A stretch of DNA of 64,000 nt from NCBI GenBank assembly GCA_028826165.1, contig JAPDFW010000057.1:186001-250000 (forward strand), given 5' to 3'. Numbering within the stretch: position 1 is the first letter of the stretch; each line of letters starts with the position of its first letter. Source of the DNA: Anaeramoeba ignava BMAN (Eukaryota > Protista > Anaeramoebae). Positions 60,801-64,000 of the stretch are shown one piece after another. The notes below the pieces were generated by a model, which worked only from the letters and a program-made list of their open reading frames with translations, made no database searches and had not been told where the DNA came from. The translations under genes and the position numbers were made by a program.

Positions 60801-62489
60801 ATTTTGATTTGGAATTTGATTTTGATTTAATTGATTTAATTGATTTAATTGATATTGATATTCATTTTGATATTGATTTAATTGATTTTGATATTGATTT
60901 ATTTGGTTTATTTGATTTTGATTTTGATTTTGATTTAATGGATTTTGATTTTGATTTTGATTTAATGGATTTTGATTTTGATTTTGATTTAATTGATTTA
61001 ATTGATATTGATATTCATTTTGATTTAATTGATTTAATTGATATTGATATTCATTTTGATTTAATTGATTTAATTGATTTTGATTTGGAATTTGATTTAT
61101 TTGATTTATTTGATTTTGATTTTGACTTGATTTTTGATTTTGATTTGATTTGATTTTGATTTTCATTTTGATATTGATTTAATTGATTTATTTGATTTAT
61201 TTCATTTTGATTTGGAATTTTATTTTTATTTTGATATTGATATTCATTTTGGTTTATTTGATTTAAATGATTTTGATTTTGATTTTGATTTTGATTTATT
61301 TGATTTATTTGATTTAATTGATTTAATTGATTTTGAATTTTATTTTGATTTTGATTTTGAATTTGATTTTGATTTTTGAATTTGATTTTGATTTTGATTT
61401 TGATATTGATTTTGAATTTTATTTTGATTTTGATTTTGATTTTTATTTTGATTTTGATTTTGAATTTTATTTTTATATTGATATTTGTTTTGGTTTAATT
61501 GATTTAATTGATTTAATTGATTTAATTGATTTTATTTGATTTTGATATTGATTTTGATTTTGATTTTGATTTAATTGATTTTGATTTTGATTTAATTGAT
61601 TTTGGTTTTTGGATAATCGATTCTTATTAAATTGACTTTTCTCTTCAATATCACTTTCACTGTCACTTTCACTATCACTGTTACTTTCACTGTTACTATC
61701 ACTGTTACTTTCACTGTTACTATCACTGTTACTTTCACTGTTACTTTCACTGTTACTTTCACTTTCTGTTTCACTATAGCTGTTACTATTGCTGGAATTG
61801 TTACTGTCACTTTCTGTTTCACTATAGCTGTTACTATTGCTTGAATTGCTATTACTACTTTCTGATTCACTTTCATTTTCATTTTCATTTAAACTTTCTT
61901 TCAAAATTTCATGGATTTCATTCTTTTTTAGTTCTTCTTTTTCATCTTCCTCATTTGATTTAATTTCCTCAATCATTTTTTGGAAATTTTTTTTGAAAAT
62001 TTCTTTTAATTGTAAAGCATTTTTTTTAATTTGAAAAATTTCCGAATTTTTTTGAATAATATTTTCAATCAAAGAAATAAAATCATGAAAAAAATGTTGA
62101 ATATTCAGATAACGATTGTTTTTGAGTTTTTGTGAAATTTCATTAAATTGAATTTGATTTGAATTTTCTTGATTTTCTTGATTTTCTTGATTGAAAAAAA
62201 TTTGAAAAGAAGGTAATGAATTTAAATTATTTATAAGTTTTAAACAGTATTGATTTTCTTTTAAAATTTTTTGCTCATTTTTTTCTTTATAATTTATTTT
62301 GAGTGTTTGATTTGCTATTGTTCGATTATTTTGGGTATTATTTTTCTTTTCAATTTGATTGTTTGATCTAAAATTGGTTTTTTTTTATTGATTTTTTGCA
62401 AGTAAAAAAAATTTTTTTATTAATTTTTAGAAACAAAAAAAAAGAAAGAAAATAAAAGGAAAAATCAATAAATACAAATTATTTTGCAT
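57887..62489 (-). CDS. Large Q/N/K low-complexity protein with an extra-terminal (ET/NET) domain at ~58790-58976; multiple frameshifts in repeats
   Basis: LTQQEKNQIIKQIKTIP..GELKLNIANLNEKTWILLKEYIE resembles ET domains. Candidate first exon MQNNL| at 62489 spliced to ttttag at ~62368. Could be more than one gene. Confidence 0.5.
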
Positions 62490-62619
62490 TTTTTGTCTTT
62501 TTAATATTTAAAGAAAAGAAAAGAAAAAAGAAGGAAAAAAATGATTTTTAAATTTTGGAAAAAAAATTTTTTCAAATCAAATTTAGAATGGAAAATGGAA
62601 TATAAATATTTAAATATTT

Positions 62620-63230
62620 GAATAAATATTAAAATAAATATTAAAATAAATATTAAAATAAATATTAAAATAAATATTAAAATAAATATTTAAATAAATA
62701 TTAAAATAAATATTAAAATAAATATTAAAATAAATATTAAAATAAATATTAAAATAAATATTAAAATAAATATTAAAAATAAATATTAAAATAAATATTA
62801 AAATAAATATTAAAATAAATATTAAAAATAAATATTAAAAAAATAAAACAAAAAATATTAAAAATAAATATTAAAATAAATATTAAAATAAATATTAAAA
62901 ATAAATAAAATAAATATTAAAATAAATATTAAAATTAAATAAATATTAAAAATAAATATTAAAAATAAATATTAAATCAAATATTAAAATAAATATTCAA
63001 ATAAATATTAAAATAAATATTAAAATAAATTTTAAAATAAATATTAAAAATGTTAAAATAAATATTGAAATAAATATTTAAATAAATATTCAAATAAATA
63101 TTAAAATAAATATTAAAATAAATATTAAAATAAATATTTGAATAAATATTAAAATAAATATTAAAATAAATATTAAAATAAATATTAAAATAAATATTAA
63201 ATTAAATATTTAAAAATATTTAAAAATATT
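62620..63230. repeat. 13-bp tandem satellite (AAATAAATATTAA)n, intergenic
   Basis: Directly visible. Confidence 0.92.
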
Positions 63231-63288
63231 TAGATTTTTGGAAAATCATTTTTTCATTTTTTTTTCATTCGTTCTTCTCAAATAAAAA

Positions 63289-64000
63289 ATGTCCAATGAA
63301 AAAATAGAAAGCAAAGTAGCCATAGAAACAAGAAAAACAAAACGGTTTGTTATATCCAACGAGGTTGGATTACCAATATTTTTTGAGCCATTAGAAATAC
63401 AATTTATTAATAAAAAAAACTGGGATATCAATAAAATAAGATATGATGCGATTCCACTGTCATTTATATTTGGGAATCAAACCATGTTAGAAAATATTAA
63501 GGACAGAATACATTCAATTCATTCAAGTGACCTTACAATGGTTACAAAAATGGATCCATTTAATGCAATGACTTTTTTTGTATTTTCTTCACAAAACGAT
63601 TCTGTCTTGTTTTTAAACCACCAATTAGTCATGCTGCAGAAATTATTATTATTTAGATTTGGAGAAGGTTTTTTTATTGATTTGGCTCAAACTCCTGGTT
63701 TTTTAGGAGATGAACAAAAGAAAAAAATATCAGAAATGATTATTCCTTTCCAAAAACTTTTTGAATCAGAATTCCCATTTAAATTACATTGTTTAGAATC
63801 AATTCCAAATCAAAATTTAACCAATTCCGTTCAATTTGAATTAAAATCTATTCTTTTTCAATTAAATTTTGTTATTCAAGCTTTTGTTTTTTCTTCAAGA
63901 AAAATTGTTGGTGTTTTTCAATCGAGTGATTATTCTAATGTTTTGATTAAAACTAGTGATTTGATTCATTTAATTATTTATTTAGAATCTCAATTTAAAT
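63289..64000 (+). CDS. HPS1/Mon1/Fuzzy-family tri-longin protein (HPS1-like), 5' part, runs off the window
   Basis: Open frame from ATG 63289 to the end: FVISNEVGLPIFF, DSVLFLNHQLVMLQKLLLFRFG, FQKLFESEFPFKLHCLESIP resemble the first longin domain of HPS1/Mon1. Absent from the ORF track because it has no stop. Confidence 0.55.
   Translation, partial: MSNEKIESKVAIETRKTKRFVISNEVGLPIFFEPLEIQFINKKNWDINKIRYDAIPLSFIFGNQTMLENIKDRIHSIHSSDLTMVTKMDPFNAMTFFVFSSQNDSVLFLNHQLVMLQKLLLFRFGEGFFIDLAQTPGFLGDEQKKKISEMIIPFQKLFESEFPFKLHCLESIPNQNLTNSVQFELKSILFQLNFVIQAFVFSSRKIVGVFQSSDYSNVLIKTSDLIHLIIYLESQFK

Noticed and set aside
1-64000. Alternative genetic code, inteins/Hint domains, transposons, tRNA/rRNA
   Set aside because: In-frame stops are explained by introns or indels, and TAA, TAG and TGA all end genes. 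No Hint, transposase, RT or structural-RNA signature was recognised by eye.

Overview
Eukaryotic, very AT-rich, gene-dense genomic DNA with GT-AG spliceosomal introns, read in the standard code. Composition, hexamer satellites, and the ankyrin-BTB and RCC1-BTB expansions suggest an anaerobic protist such as Anaeramoeba (Metamonada); this is inference only. About 24 genes can be reconstructed: mevalonate kinase (3' end), three ankyrin-BTB genes, a TKL kinase, VPS29, a SAC9-type phosphatase, BLOC-1 subunit 4, CCDC93, RPL34 (3' exons eroded), a GC-rich TRIM-like RING/B-box/glycine-rich gene, NCBP1/CBP80, Acinus-like, nucleolin-like, an FGD-like RhoGEF, five tandem RCC1-BTB genes, RBBP5, an ET-domain protein, one unassigned ORF and an HPS1-like gene (5' end). 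The most striking feature is missed by the ORF track. In the ankyrin-BTB gene at 669-2510, five residues in the repeat beta-hairpin loops are encoded by single-codon (3-nt) micro-exons, each between 57-79 nt introns. One loop instead appears to use a nested spliceosomal twin intron (stwintron), where removing one intron creates the splice site of the next. The same hairpin positions are the hypervariable ones in a 31-repeat ankyrin array at 26773-31270. The five RCC1-BTB paralogues vary mainly in blade loops, and copies 2 and 4 end in a CaaX box. Together this looks like a diversified, modular binder-plus-BTB repertoire. Tandem TCATTTTT initiator-like motifs precede most genes. Many frameshifts look like assembly errors.
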